A stretch of DNA of 58,991 bases from Minisyncoccota bacterium (GCA_028695415.1 JAQVIY010000004.1:1-58991); one strand, 5' to 3'. Positions 1-9,926 are shown, counted from the first letter of the stretch. Program-made: numbers and translations. The notes: a model not told the origin generated them from the letters alone.

Positions 1-117
1 TTCGCGTCGACCTTTTATAAGCGCAGAGGCGCTGAGAAATTCCTATTCAATGCGACGGTTGTTGTTGCAATCTTGCTCATACTCGCGGCGATAACGAATT
101 TTCTCTTGGTAGGATAA
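1..117 (+). CDS. partial CDS, 3' end only (hydrophobic C-terminal tail of an upstream gene)
   Basis: Frame 1 is open from the window edge to TAA at 115-117 and reads ...NATVVVAILLILAAITNFLLVG. It is below the ORF-track size cutoff. Confidence 0.25.
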   Translation, partial: FASTFYKRRGAEKFLFNATVVVAILLILAAITNFLLVG

Positions 118-121
118 CGTT

Positions 122-1873
122 ATGACTATCGCTGGCGACTCCTCTGAGCGCTGCAAACTTTGGCGGGAACGGCTCCTGCGTTCTCGCAGCGTGCGAGCTC
201 TTGAACAATTGAAAGAGCGCATTCGTGCTTTCTCATCGGGCGACCGCGTTATCTTCTACGCACTCGCCCTGCTTGTGGGGGTAGCGTCCCTCATCGGCCT
301 CTACGCGCTTGAGCGCTCGCTCCTCATCGAGGTGCCGGCATACGGCGGGAGCCTCGTCGAGGGCGAAATCGGGAGCCCCCAGTTCATCAACCCGCTTCTT
401 GCGATAAGCGACGCCGACCGCGATCTCTCGAGTCTTGTGTATGCGGGTCTTATGGGGCTCTCGGGCACCGGTTCTCTCGTGCCGGTACTCGCGGAGAAAT
501 ACGAGGTTTCGCCGGACGGCAAGGTCTACACCTTTACCCTCCGCGACGACGCAACGTTCACCGACGGTACGCCGGTCACTGCACAGGATGTCGTCTTCAC
601 GGTACGAAAGGCGCAGGATTCTGAGCTCAAGAGCCCCGAGTATGCGAATTGGTCGGGGGTGAGCGTGTCGGCACCCGATACGCACACGGTGCGCTTCGCA
701 CTCACGAAGCCCTACGCGCCATTCCTCGGCCTCACGACTTTGGGCATTCTCCCTTCGAGACTTTGGCAGAACATCTCGAACGGAGAATTCCCGTTCTCGA
801 ATCTTGAGACGAATCCGGTAGGCGCGGGACCCTTCAAGGTCGCGAACATATCACGCGATGCGTCAGGACTCATCAAGAGTGTATCGCTCGCGGCAAACAA
901 GCAGTACGTGCTCGGTCGGCCGTATCTCGATGGCATCCGCTTTGACTTTTATTCGCAGGACGATGATCTGCGAACAGCAGTGAAGAACGGTACGGCCGAG
1001 AGCGCGTATGACGTTCCCACGAAAGGAGCGCTGACTGCTCCGTATGCACGAGTCTTCGGCGTCTTCTGGAACCCGAGCGAAAAGCAGGTCTACGCCCGAG
1101 CCGAGGTGCGCAAGGCACTCTCGCTCGCCCTTGATCGCTCGCGCATCGTCGAGACCGTGCTCGGCGGATATGCCACCGCCATCATGGGACCCGTCCCGCC
1201 AGGCGAGAGTGTGAAGCAAGTACCTATCCCGCAATCAGACGACACGACAGCAACGGCGGCACAGGTGCTCCAATCGGCCGGATGGACCTATGATGGCTCC
1301 GCGCGTCTTTGGAAAAATGCGGGTGCAAAGCAAACGCTCGACCGCATCACGATACGCACCTCGAATGTTCCCGAGCTGAAAAACATCGCGAGCGCCGTGA
1401 AGACCGACTGGGAAGAACTCGGGATTCCCGTAGACATCGAACTCTACGAGCCGGGCGATCTCTCTCAAAACGTCATCCGCCCGCGCAAGTACGAAGCACT
1501 CCTCTATGGCATGGTTATCGGGCGCGACCAAGACCTCTACGCCTTCTGGGACTCGCAGGAACGCAATGACCCCGGACTCAACATCGCACTCTACGTGAAT
1601 AAAACCGTTGATGCGCTTCTTGAGGACGCACGCAGTTCTGCCGATGAGGGCCAACGTGCCGCTGATCTGCAGAAAATAGAGAACATGGTCGCGGCGGATT
1701 ATCCGGCAGCGTTCATCTATGCGCCGGACTTCACGTACGCGGTACCGGCGGACTTGCGCGGTGTGGTGCTCCCCCAGATCATCACGCCGGCCGACCGCTT
1801 CGCGACCGTCGCATCCTGGTACCGCTCTACCGATTCGGTGTGGCCGTTCCTCGCACCGAAGAAAAATCGCTAG
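122..1873 (+). CDS. ABC transporter substrate-binding protein, family 5 (peptide/nickel type), membrane-anchored
   Basis: 583 aa. N-terminal TM segment (VIFYALALLVGVASLIGLYAL) followed by SBP family-5-like blocks (NPVGAGPFKV, YEALLYGM, DLYAFWDS). Confidence 0.75.
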   Translation: MTIAGDSSERCKLWRERLLRSRSVRALEQLKERIRAFSSGDRVIFYALALLVGVASLIGLYALERSLLIEVPAYGGSLVEGEIGSPQFINPLLAISDADRDLSSLVYAGLMGLSGTGSLVPVLAEKYEVSPDGKVYTFTLRDDATFTDGTPVTAQDVVFTVRKAQDSELKSPEYANWSGVSVSAPDTHTVRFALTKPYAPFLGLTTLGILPSRLWQNISNGEFPFSNLETNPVGAGPFKVANISRDASGLIKSVSLAANKQYVLGRPYLDGIRFDFYSQDDDLRTAVKNGTAESAYDVPTKGALTAPYARVFGVFWNPSEKQVYARAEVRKALSLALDRSRIVETVLGGYATAIMGPVPPGESVKQVPIPQSDDTTATAAQVLQSAGWTYDGSARLWKNAGAKQTLDRITIRTSNVPELKNIASAVKTDWEELGIPVDIELYEPGDLSQNVIRPRKYEALLYGMVIGRDQDLYAFWDSQERNDPGLNIALYVNKTVDALLEDARSSADEGQRAADLQKIENMVAADYPAAFIYAPDFTYAVPADLRGVVLPQIITPADRFATVASWYRSTDSVWPFLAPKKNR

Positions 1874-1933
1874 GACTATTTTTGTACGGGTTTTAGTTTT
1901 CCTTTAACAATTTACCCGAATAACTAACCAATT

Positions 1934-3910
1934 ATGAATCCACTACCAACACCTTCGCCGGCACCGGCACCCGCCCCGGAACGCTCCTCGAGCACCGGAG
2001 CACGCCCGGCTCGTGATACCCAGTCGCGCGGCGGCAGACCTCCACGACGCTTCGAGCCCGGTACCGGCAACCGTTCGGCATCCGACAACCGCTCTTCAGC
2101 GCGGCGCCCGGCGAGCCGCGGTACAGCGCGCCCCGGCGGCGCCACGCGGCGCATCCAGCGCATACTCCGTCGGCCGACTTCGTCGGCAACGCGTACAACC
2201 CGCGCTATCGATTACTACCCTGAACCGGCCGGTCCGACGACCGTCCGTATTATCCCGCTCGGCGGTGTCGAAGAGGTTGGGCGCAACATGACCGCCGTAG
2301 AGATAGGCGCTACCGGCGACATCATTGTCTTCGATGCGGGGTTCCAATTCGTTTCTGAGGAATCTGCTCCCGGCGTTGACTACATCTTGCCTAACACGAA
2401 ATACCTCGAGAAGAACGCGTCTCGTGTGAAAGGCGTCGTGATTACGCACGGCCACCTCGACCATATCGGCGGTATCCCCTTCACTCTGCCGCGCTTCGGT
2501 ACTCCGCCTATCTATACGCAGATGCTTACCTCGGTGATGATCGCGCGCCGTCAGGAAGAATACCCTGATGTTCCGCAATCTGAGATGATTGTCGTCGAGA
2601 CCGGCCAGACGGTCACTATCGGCTCGACGCGAGTGAAATTCTTCCCCGTGACGCACTCTATCCCCGATTCGATGGGTGCCTCGGTTGAGACGCCGCAGGG
2701 CAATGTGGTTATATCCGGCGACTTGAAGCTCGATCATGACGGCACGACCCCGTCCGAACGCGAGTTCAAAACATGGGGAGATATCGGGAAGGATAATAAT
2801 ATCTTCCTTGTCGCCGACTCGACCAACGCTGAGCGGGACGGGTTCTCTATCCCCGAATCACTCGTCGTAAAGACGCTTGAAGATATCATCAAGACCGTCT
2901 CGGGGCGCCTTATCATCGGTACGTTCGCGTCACAATTCGAACGCATGATTCATATCATGGAGTCCGCCGAGAAGCACGGCAAAAAAATCGTCCTTGAGGG
3001 CCGCTCCATAAAGACTAACCTCGAGATAGCCGAGAAGACCGGCCTCCTGAAGATACGCAAAGAGACATTCATCCAAGCACAGGAGCTTGGCGACTATCCG
3101 CCGGACAAGGTCGTCATTCTCTCAACCGGTGCCCAAGGCGAGGAATTCGCGGCGCTTATGCGCATCGCGACCAAGCAGCACAAATACATAACGCTCACCG
3201 AGCGCGACACCATTGTGCTCTCTTCATCAGTCATTCCAGGCAACGAGATTGCCGTACAAAAGCTGAAAGACAATCTCTATCGTCATAACGTAACCCTTAT
3301 CCACTACCGCTCAAGCGATGTCCACTCGACCGGCCACGGCAATACAGGCGAGCTTGTTTGGATCAATAAGCAGGTTCATCCGAATTTCTTTATGCCGGGC
3401 TACGGCTACCGCTCGATGACCACCTGTCATGCAAAAGCGATAGAACAATCAGGGTTCCCGCGCGAGAACATCATCATCGCGGACAACGGAACGGTCATAG
3501 ATATCGAGGACGGCACGCGACTGAACGTGCATAAGCAGCGAGTGCCTTCGGCACCGATGGTCGTAGACGGCTTCACGATCGGCGATATACAGGAGGTGGT
3601 GATTCGCGATCGTCAATCGCTCGCTAAGGACGGCATGTTCGTCATTATCGCAAGCGTGAACCTCAAGACCGGTAAGCTCCGGAAATCGCCGGACATCATC
3701 AGCCGCGGATTCGTGTACCTACGCGAGTCTCAAGATCTCCTGAACGAAGGGCGTGTCCTTATCAAGAAGACCATCGAGGATTCGACGCGGAACATGAACC
3801 CTATCGACCTCGACTACGTGAAAAATAATCTCACGGATGTCATGGCCGGATTCCTCTTCCAGCGAACCAATAAAGCGCCGATGGTCATCCCTGTCCTCAT
3901 CGGAATGTGA
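1934..3910 (+). CDS. rnj: ribonuclease J (MBL/beta-CASP) with ~100-aa Arg/Pro/Ser-rich N-terminal extension
   Basis: IIPLGGVEEVGRNMT and HGHLDHIGG metallo-beta-lactamase motifs; beta-CASP and C-terminal domain are colinear with RNase J. Confidence 0.88.
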   Translation: MNPLPTPSPAPAPAPERSSSTGARPARDTQSRGGRPPRRFEPGTGNRSASDNRSSARRPASRGTARPGGATRRIQRILRRPTSSATRTTRAIDYYPEPAGPTTVRIIPLGGVEEVGRNMTAVEIGATGDIIVFDAGFQFVSEESAPGVDYILPNTKYLEKNASRVKGVVITHGHLDHIGGIPFTLPRFGTPPIYTQMLTSVMIARRQEEYPDVPQSEMIVVETGQTVTIGSTRVKFFPVTHSIPDSMGASVETPQGNVVISGDLKLDHDGTTPSEREFKTWGDIGKDNNIFLVADSTNAERDGFSIPESLVVKTLEDIIKTVSGRLIIGTFASQFERMIHIMESAEKHGKKIVLEGRSIKTNLEIAEKTGLLKIRKETFIQAQELGDYPPDKVVILSTGAQGEEFAALMRIATKQHKYITLTERDTIVLSSSVIPGNEIAVQKLKDNLYRHNVTLIHYRSSDVHSTGHGNTGELVWINKQVHPNFFMPGYGYRSMTTCHAKAIEQSGFPRENIIIADNGTVIDIEDGTRLNVHKQRVPSAPMVVDGFTIGDIQEVVIRDRQSLAKDGMFVIIASVNLKTGKLRKSPDIISRGFVYLRESQDLLNEGRVLIKKTIEDSTRNMNPIDLDYVKNNLTDVMAGFLFQRTNKAPMVIPVLIGM

Positions 3911-3921
3911 TTCGCAGAAAA

Positions 3922-3953
3922 ATGCGTCCCGCTAAAGCGGGGCGCATTTTTTG
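3922..3953 (+). terminator. intrinsic terminator after rnj
   Basis: Stem atgcgtcccgc / loop taaa / gcggggcgcat (one mismatch), followed by TTTTTT. Confidence 0.7.
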
Positions 3954-3954
3954 T

Positions 3955-5127
3955 ATGTTAGACTCGAAAGAAATGAGTCCTCGAGTCATCTTGTCCGTCG
4001 CAAATTTTTTCTTTTCGATTTTCTCGGCATTTGCACTCTATGTCCTCTTTCCATATCTATCGACCCTGATGTCCGCCGTGTATGTCGGGATTGTGGTCTC
4101 TGCCGGAGGTCTTGTCTCTCTATTGTTCTTCCCGCTCATGCCTCGACTCGCAGCACGCTATGGCGCACAGTCGCTCGCGCTCCTCTTCTCGTTTATCGAG
4201 ATGATCGCGCTCTTCGTGCTCGCTGCTGCGCCGGGCGCTGCAGCAAGCGTGCTGCTCATCATTATTATCGTGGCGCTCCAGCCATTCCTTTATTATGAGC
4301 TTGATCTCCTTCTCGAAGCGACCGGTACAAGCGAGGGATCAACCGGGAAGGTGCGCGCCTTCTTCCTCACGGCGTGGAATCTGGGTTCCTTTATCGCTCC
4401 GCTTTTCATTGGCGTCCTTCTCGCAGATTCTGATGCATACGGCCGCGTCTTTATCGCCGCCGCTGCGGCGGCGATACCGCTCACTATCCTTTTTTCCGCG
4501 CGACGGCTCCCGCACGGAGAGATGTCAAATCCTTCCCGTATGCGCGATACGATTAGCTGTATCCTCTGCAACCGCGATTTGGTCGCGGTCACTTTCGGTC
4601 ACCTTGTCCTCTATCTCTTTTATGTCTGGGCGCCGCTCTATGTCCCTGTCTATCTCCACACCGTGCTTGGCTTCTCGTGGAGCGATCTTGGTTGGATATT
4701 CTCTCTCATGCTCATTCCCTATGTGCTTATCGAGTATCCCGCCGGATGGGTCGCCGACCGATTCCTCGGCGACAAGGAGATGATGTTCGCCGGCTTCCTC
4801 ATCGCAGGAGGAGCACTCGCATCGGTCAGTCTTCTTACCTCCGCTTCGCCGCTCCTTCTTGTTCTCTGTGTTCTTCTTGCCTCGCGCTGCGGTGCTGCGC
4901 TCGTCGAGGGCATGACCGAGGGTCACTTCTTCCGTAGCGTTTCCGAGCGAGATGTGAATTCGGTAAGCATCTTCCGCGGCGTGTGGCCGCTCGCTTATGT
5001 CGTCGCACCCATCATCGGTAGTGCCATCCTTTATGTCAGCGATTATCAGGTGCTCTTTTTGCTCACCGGCGGATTCGTCGCCGTCGCGGGCGTCATCGCA
5101 ACGCTTTTTGTAAAAGACTTCAAGTAA
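3955..5127 (+). CDS. MFS transporter
   Basis: About 12 hydrophobic helices in two halves. Start trimmed to the first ATG after the rnj terminator; ATG 3973 is also possible. Confidence 0.7.
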   Translation: MLDSKEMSPRVILSVANFFFSIFSAFALYVLFPYLSTLMSAVYVGIVVSAGGLVSLLFFPLMPRLAARYGAQSLALLFSFIEMIALFVLAAAPGAAASVLLIIIIVALQPFLYYELDLLLEATGTSEGSTGKVRAFFLTAWNLGSFIAPLFIGVLLADSDAYGRVFIAAAAAAIPLTILFSARRLPHGEMSNPSRMRDTISCILCNRDLVAVTFGHLVLYLFYVWAPLYVPVYLHTVLGFSWSDLGWIFSLMLIPYVLIEYPAGWVADRFLGDKEMMFAGFLIAGGALASVSLLTSASPLLLVLCVLLASRCGAALVEGMTEGHFFRSVSERDVNSVSIFRGVWPLAYVVAPIIGSAILYVSDYQVLFLLTGGFVAVAGVIATLFVKDFK

Positions 5128-5899
5128 TAAGCCTCTCCTCCTTGAGTGCTTTGAGTGCTTCTTTCATTTGCGCTCGACGCTCGGGACCGAGAAGATTCAC
5201 GAGTTTTGCGTGCGAAACGACCCCTTGGGTATACGCGCGCACTATCGCGCCCCGCGCTTCGCGAAGCGAGCCGGCAAATACAGATTGCTTCGTGTACGTC
5301 TTGCTTCTCGCATTGTACGAGAAGCCTGAACGCTTGAGGTACGCGCCGTAGTCCATAAGCGCGCTGTACCATTCGCCCGCCTTCCCTCTTGGAAGTACTC
5401 GGGTGAGCACTTCGGCAAGCTCAGTATCTTCGACGGCGGAACGTCCCGAAAAGAAATGGTGAATAACTGCCGTACGAATATTGGTTTCGATGACGATGGT
5501 GTCCTCGTTGTAGGCGAAGGCGGAAACGGCGCGCGCGGTATACGGCCCCACTCCCGGCAGTTTCTCCAGTTCCCCAACCAGGTTCGATCTTGTCCCGAGG
5601 TCGAACCTCGGGAATACTTTTGCCGCTTGATGGAGAAGTTTGGCGCGACGGTTATAGCCGAGACCCTGCCACGCTTTCAACACTTCTGACAAAGGCGCGG
5701 CGGCGAGTTTCTTTGCCGTCGGAAATTGTCTGACGAATTTCTTGTAGAACGGTACGACCCGTTCTACCTGCGTCTGTTGAAGCATCACTTCCGACACCAG
5801 AATCTTGTAGGGGTCGTGCGTTTTGCGCCACGGCAAATCGTGCCGTCCCTGTTTCTTGTAGTGCGCCCATACCGTTCTTCTGAAACTCGCTATGGTCAT
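5120..5899 (-). CDS. mutY: HhH-GPD DNA glycosylase, MutY-like, short and cysteine-free
   Basis: LPWRKTHDPYKILVSEVMLQQTQV and LPGVGPYTA motifs. Start trimmed to ATG 5899, giving an ATGA overlap with the nth stop codon. Confidence 0.65.
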   Translation of the reverse strand: MTIASFRRTVWAHYKKQGRHDLPWRKTHDPYKILVSEVMLQQTQVERVVPFYKKFVRQFPTAKKLAAAPLSEVLKAWQGLGYNRRAKLLHQAAKVFPRFDLGTRSNLVGELEKLPGVGPYTARAVSAFAYNEDTIVIETNIRTAVIHHFFSGRSAVEDTELAEVLTRVLPRGKAGEWYSALMDYGAYLKRSGFSYNARSKTYTKQSVFAGSLREARGAIVRAYTQGVVSHAKLVNLLGPERRAQMKEALKALKEERLIT

Positions 5900-6591
5900 T
5901 TCGCCTTCGGCCAGTACCGCGCCGCGGGAGGCCAGAGTTTCGTGAGGGGATGCTGCGAACAGTCGTGCGGGCGAGCCGGGCAGACATAGCGGCCGTAAAG
6001 CACGAGGCCGTTGTTCACGTATTTCCAATCCTTCTTCGGAATGAGCGCCTCGAGATCTTTTGAAATCTTCGTAAGGTCGTTATGATCGGTAAGGTCGAAT
6101 CGCTTCGCGAAGCGCTTCACGTGCGTATCGGTCGCAATACCTTCCCAAACGTCAAAGAGTTCGCCAAGAATAACGTGCGCCGTCTTGTAGCCCACTCCTG
6201 GCAACTGCGTCAGCTCCGCCTCAGTTTCCGGGACTTTCCCCCGGAACCTTTCAACAGACATCTTCCCCGCTCCGATAATAGATTTGGCTTTGTTGTTGAA
6301 AAATGGAATGGACGAGATTTCTTTTGTGAAAACTGCAGGGATCGCTTCTGCGAAATTTTTAGGCGTTTTGTATTTCTTGAACAGTGTCATGGTAAGCTTG
6401 TTCACTGCCTTGTCGGTGCATTGCGCCGAGAGAATAACTGCGACCACAAACTGGAAATTCGTCCGGTGCTTGAGTTCGCTTTTCGGTTTCGGATACGCCT
6501 TCTTCAGATACGCGACTATCTTCTTCGCGCGTGCCCTTCGTAGCTTTAGCGAAGAGGGGCGCACCTTTCGTTCAGCCAAAGAGCTGGTCAT
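5896..6591 (-). CDS. nth: endonuclease III
   Basis: VAVILSAQCTD, LPGVGYKTAHV (catalytic Lys) and ATDTHVKR (catalytic Asp). Only two Cys remain in the Fe-S region. Confidence 0.85.
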   Translation of the reverse strand: MTSSLAERKVRPSSLKLRRARAKKIVAYLKKAYPKPKSELKHRTNFQFVVAVILSAQCTDKAVNKLTMTLFKKYKTPKNFAEAIPAVFTKEISSIPFFNNKAKSIIGAGKMSVERFRGKVPETEAELTQLPGVGYKTAHVILGELFDVWEGIATDTHVKRFAKRFDLTDHNDLTKISKDLEALIPKKDWKYVNNGLVLYGRYVCPARPHDCSQHPLTKLWPPAARYWPKAK

Positions 6592-7754
6592 ACCAGCTCA
6601 TCTATCTGCTCCTCGTGCGGGAAAGCGAAGCGGAAGAATATCTGCAGGAGCGCGCCGGCAACGAACATCGTGAGAAGCATGATGCTAAAGAAACCGATGA
6701 ACGGTATGAAGGCTATGAGCGAGAGCGCGAGCATGCCGAGCATGCCGTCACGCCACAGCACCTCGTCGCGAGCCCTGAAGCGGCGAGCGGCTGCGCTTCC
6801 AATAAAGATGCCGGCGTAGAGGAGCGAAAGGAGGGCGAGAAGAGCGTATAGGATAAGCAGGAGAAACGCGAGCCCGACGCCGACGAAGGTAAGCGTGAGC
6901 AAAATAATGAGAACCGGTGTCGCGACAAGGATGCCGAAGCCAAGCAGCATCGAGAGCAGGATGCTTCTCGCACTCTTCTCATACGCACGTTCGACCACGG
7001 CCTCTGCGAGTCTCGGGAAGAGGCCCGCGAGAAGTCCGGCGAGGATAAGCGCCCCGAAAATACGCGCGAAGAGAAAGAAACCGATGCTTACGAGCGCAAG
7101 AATGCGAGAAGTACCGGCATCAGGCAAGTAAGAAGCGCTTGTGTACTTAATGCCGCCCAGTACGGATGAAGAAGCGGGAATGTCTGCCGCCTCGGGCGCC
7201 TCATACGTAAGCTTGCCGTGAATAATCGTTTCTGGAGCAATCGTTACATGCCCCGTCGCGGTAACATCTACGTCCCCCGAGAAATCTCCTGCAAGCGAGA
7301 CGGTATTACCATACAAAACAACTGGCCCCGAAGCGCCATTTGAAAGAGTCGCGTTCACGGCAACGATAAAGGTGCTCCCGAGCGTGCGTGCAGAATCATA
7401 CACCGAGTAGCCAAGTGCGATGAGATCGCCCATTACCGACCCTTCTGTGTTGATGCTCCCACCTATCGCCCGTACATCACCCGCAACCGATGCGCGCGAG
7501 CTCACCGAGCCGGCAAGAAGAAGTTCGTCTCCCGTTATCGGCGCGGCGGTGACTATCGAACCGCCGATAGCCGAAAGGTCCCCCGCTACGGGTGCCGTAC
7601 TGACGATTGAAATACCGGCGAGATACGTGTTCCCCGGCGATGAACTCGCGGCGACGAGCGACCGTCCCGCTGAGAAAGAGGCGGGGCCGTGCGCAGCATA
7701 GGCTCCCGTCGGCAAGAACAGTAGGACGAGAAGTGAGAGAAGAATACGTTGCAT
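6588..7754 (-). CDS. membrane protein with signal peptide, bactofilin-like beta-helical repeats and C-terminal multi-TM domain
   Basis: Repeated VAGD..AIGGSI..GD blocks resemble the polymer-forming cytoskeletal (bactofilin) fold, followed by 4-5 TM helices. ATGA overlap with the nth start. Confidence 0.45.
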   Translation of the reverse strand: MQRILLSLLVLLFLPTGAYAAHGPASFSAGRSLVAASSSPGNTYLAGISIVSTAPVAGDLSAIGGSIVTAAPITGDELLLAGSVSSRASVAGDVRAIGGSINTEGSVMGDLIALGYSVYDSARTLGSTFIVAVNATLSNGASGPVVLYGNTVSLAGDFSGDVDVTATGHVTIAPETIIHGKLTYEAPEAADIPASSSVLGGIKYTSASYLPDAGTSRILALVSIGFFLFARIFGALILAGLLAGLFPRLAEAVVERAYEKSARSILLSMLLGFGILVATPVLIILLTLTFVGVGLAFLLLILYALLALLSLLYAGIFIGSAAARRFRARDEVLWRDGMLGMLALSLIAFIPFIGFFSIMLLTMFVAGALLQIFFRFAFPHEEQIDELV

Positions 7755-7760
7755 GGCAGA

Positions 7761-8255
7761 TTACGCCGAGGGCGGCATCCGCAGATGCGGACCCGGGGCG
7801 GGTGGCGAGGCGGCAGGCGATGCGTGGCGCATGTTCAACCGTATCGGCTCTATGAGACTCGCAAAAATGAATATGAGGAGTTCGATAATCGCAGACGCTG
7901 CACAATAAATGCAGAATGCGCCAATAAAGAATATCTGGACCAGCGAGAAATAGAGCGAAGCGATGAGCCCAACGAGCGCGAATGCTTGAAGAGCGCGGCG
8001 CAGAATTTGGTCGAAAATGACGAGCTCGAGCGCGGCGAGAATGAAGATGACGGCATAGAACAGAACGCCGAATTCTGCGAGCGGGATGCCGAATATGTGC
8101 GAATACTGGCTCGTTGCGACAACATTGCAGCCGGAGAGATCCTGAATGTTACAGATAAGCGGAGCGCCAGAAAGCTCGCTTTGGGTCAGATAGATAGAAT
8201 CCGCGAGCCCGAAAAAGGCAAGGATAAGGATAAAGGCGACCCCTATTCGTTTCAT
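7761..8255 (-). CDS. vitamin K epoxide reductase (VKOR) family membrane protein
   Basis: Loop cysteine pair (LICNIQDLSGC) plus a CIYC redox motif in a TM helix. Start trimmed to MKRIGVAF. Confidence 0.7.
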   Translation of the reverse strand: MKRIGVAFILILAFFGLADSIYLTQSELSGAPLICNIQDLSGCNVVATSQYSHIFGIPLAEFGVLFYAVIFILAALELVIFDQILRRALQAFALVGLIASLYFSLVQIFFIGAFCIYCAASAIIELLIFIFASLIEPIRLNMRHASPAASPPAPGPHLRMPPSA

Positions 8256-8317
8256 ATCGTTTAGGATACGCGCCTCACCTATTCTCTGCAAATGGGTGAT
8301 ACACTTCGGTAATCTCT

Positions 8318-8917
8318 ATGTCTTCTCTTATCTCTTCCATCATCGGCGGAGCAGGTAGCAGCCCGTTCCTGCTTTTCTTCGCGATAGTTATCGGGGTTTT
8401 CTTCCTTGAGGACACCACGGTGGTAGTAGTGGGACTCCTCGCTGCCGACAAAGTATTCTCCGTTCCATTCGCTCTCTTCGCACTCTATACCGGCATCATC
8501 TGCGGCGATCTTATCCTCTACTGCGTCGGCCGGCTCGCGAGTACGCACCCGCGCCTTGCCCACTTCGTCGACCACGACCTCGTCGCTCCCTTCCGCACGT
8601 GGCTCGAGACCAGATTCGTGCTCACGGTCTTCACCGCGCGCTTCATCCCCGGCGCGCGCATGCCAACCTATACCGCGAGCGGCTTCTTCCGTTCACCTCT
8701 TTCAAAATTCGTACTCACCTCACTGGGCGCCATTTCTATATGGACGACGCTTCTTTTCTCTATCTCTTTCTGGTTCGGCAATGCGACGGCTGGCTGGCTG
8801 GGTCCGGCGCGCTGGGGCATCGCGCTTATCTTCCTTCTCATTCTCTTCTTTGTTGGAAGGCACAATCTGCTCGCCTATCGAGCAAGGAAGAGTGAGCTCA
8901 GCGTCACGAACGGCTAG
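8318..8917 (+). CDS. DedA/VTT-domain membrane protein
   Basis: FLEDTTVVVVGLLAA and ARFIPGARMPTY blocks; 4-5 TM helices. Confidence 0.7.
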   Translation: MSSLISSIIGGAGSSPFLLFFAIVIGVFFLEDTTVVVVGLLAADKVFSVPFALFALYTGIICGDLILYCVGRLASTHPRLAHFVDHDLVAPFRTWLETRFVLTVFTARFIPGARMPTYTASGFFRSPLSKFVLTSLGAISIWTTLLFSISFWFGNATAGWLGPARWGIALIFLLILFFVGRHNLLAYRARKSELSVTNG

Positions 8918-8971
8918 CAAGCACCTTGAGCGCCTGTGTGGATAGCGAGGGTGCGTATATACTGGGCGCAT

Positions 8972-9883
8972 ATGCGCGCCCGTCTGCCTCGCGTTATTGC
9001 CGCACTTATCCTCACGCTCGCCGCGGGAAGTGCAGGATATATGTTCGGCGTCGACTCTGTTCCGGCGCCGATACGCATTCCCGCTCAGACAGTCTCTGCT
9101 CCACCAAAAGATTCCGTACGTATTTTGTACAGCCTTGATGAGAAGCAGAATGACAAAGAGCTCATCGCGCTCATCGACAGCGCGAAGACGCATATTTACT
9201 TCGCCATCTATACGTTCACCCTTCCCTCAATCGCCGACGCGCTCGTCGCCGCAAAGAAGCGCGGGGTGGAGGTGCGCGGCGTTATGGATTCAGAGCAAAG
9301 CAGCAACAGCTACGGCGCGCCGATTACTAAAAAATTGCTCGGTGCCGGCATCTCGCTCGTGGTCGAGAGGCACCCGACCGGCAACGGCATCATGCATATC
9401 AAAGCGCTCGTGACCGACTCGGCGTACGCGGTCGGCAGCTACAACTGGACGAACTCGGCGACGACTATCAACGACGAGATTTTAGAGATAGGCACCGACC
9501 CCGCGCTCCGCCAAGCGTATGAGAATGTCTTGAAGAAATTACTCGACGCCTACCGAGGCAACACCGCGGCCGCTAACGCGGCCGCGCACATTTCTATCGG
9601 CACAATCGACTATACCGAGGCACCGAACCATATCGGCGAGACGGCCTCAGTGCGCGGAACGCTCGTCGAGGCGTACACGAGCGCCTCGGGAACTGTTTTT
9701 CTCGATTTCTGCAAGAGCTATAAGACCTGCCCTTTCTCCGGGGTCATCTTCGCCGATGATGTAAAAGCTTTCGGCGACCTCTCCCGCTACGCGGGACAAA
9801 CCGTCACCCTTACCGGTAAAATATCCTCCTACCAGGGCAAGGCTGAAATCGTCCTCTCCGATCCTTCGCAGCTCTCACCATAA
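8972..9883 (+). CDS. membrane-anchored phospholipase D-family nuclease with C-terminal OB-fold-like domain
   Basis: Single HxK motif (IMHIKALVTDS..GSYNWT) as in Nuc-type PLD nucleases. N-terminal TM anchor. The C-terminal ~90 aa look like an OB fold (VRGTLVEAY..VTLTGKISSYQGKAEIVL). Confidence 0.65.
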   Translation: MRARLPRVIAALILTLAAGSAGYMFGVDSVPAPIRIPAQTVSAPPKDSVRILYSLDEKQNDKELIALIDSAKTHIYFAIYTFTLPSIADALVAAKKRGVEVRGVMDSEQSSNSYGAPITKKLLGAGISLVVERHPTGNGIMHIKALVTDSAYAVGSYNWTNSATTINDEILEIGTDPALRQAYENVLKKLLDAYRGNTAAANAAAHISIGTIDYTEAPNHIGETASVRGTLVEAYTSASGTVFLDFCKSYKTCPFSGVIFADDVKAFGDLSRYAGQTVTLTGKISSYQGKAEIVLSDPSQLSP

Positions 9884-9926
9884 TTGCGCACCCTTCGCTT
9901 TTTATGCTATAGTACCATCACTTCCA

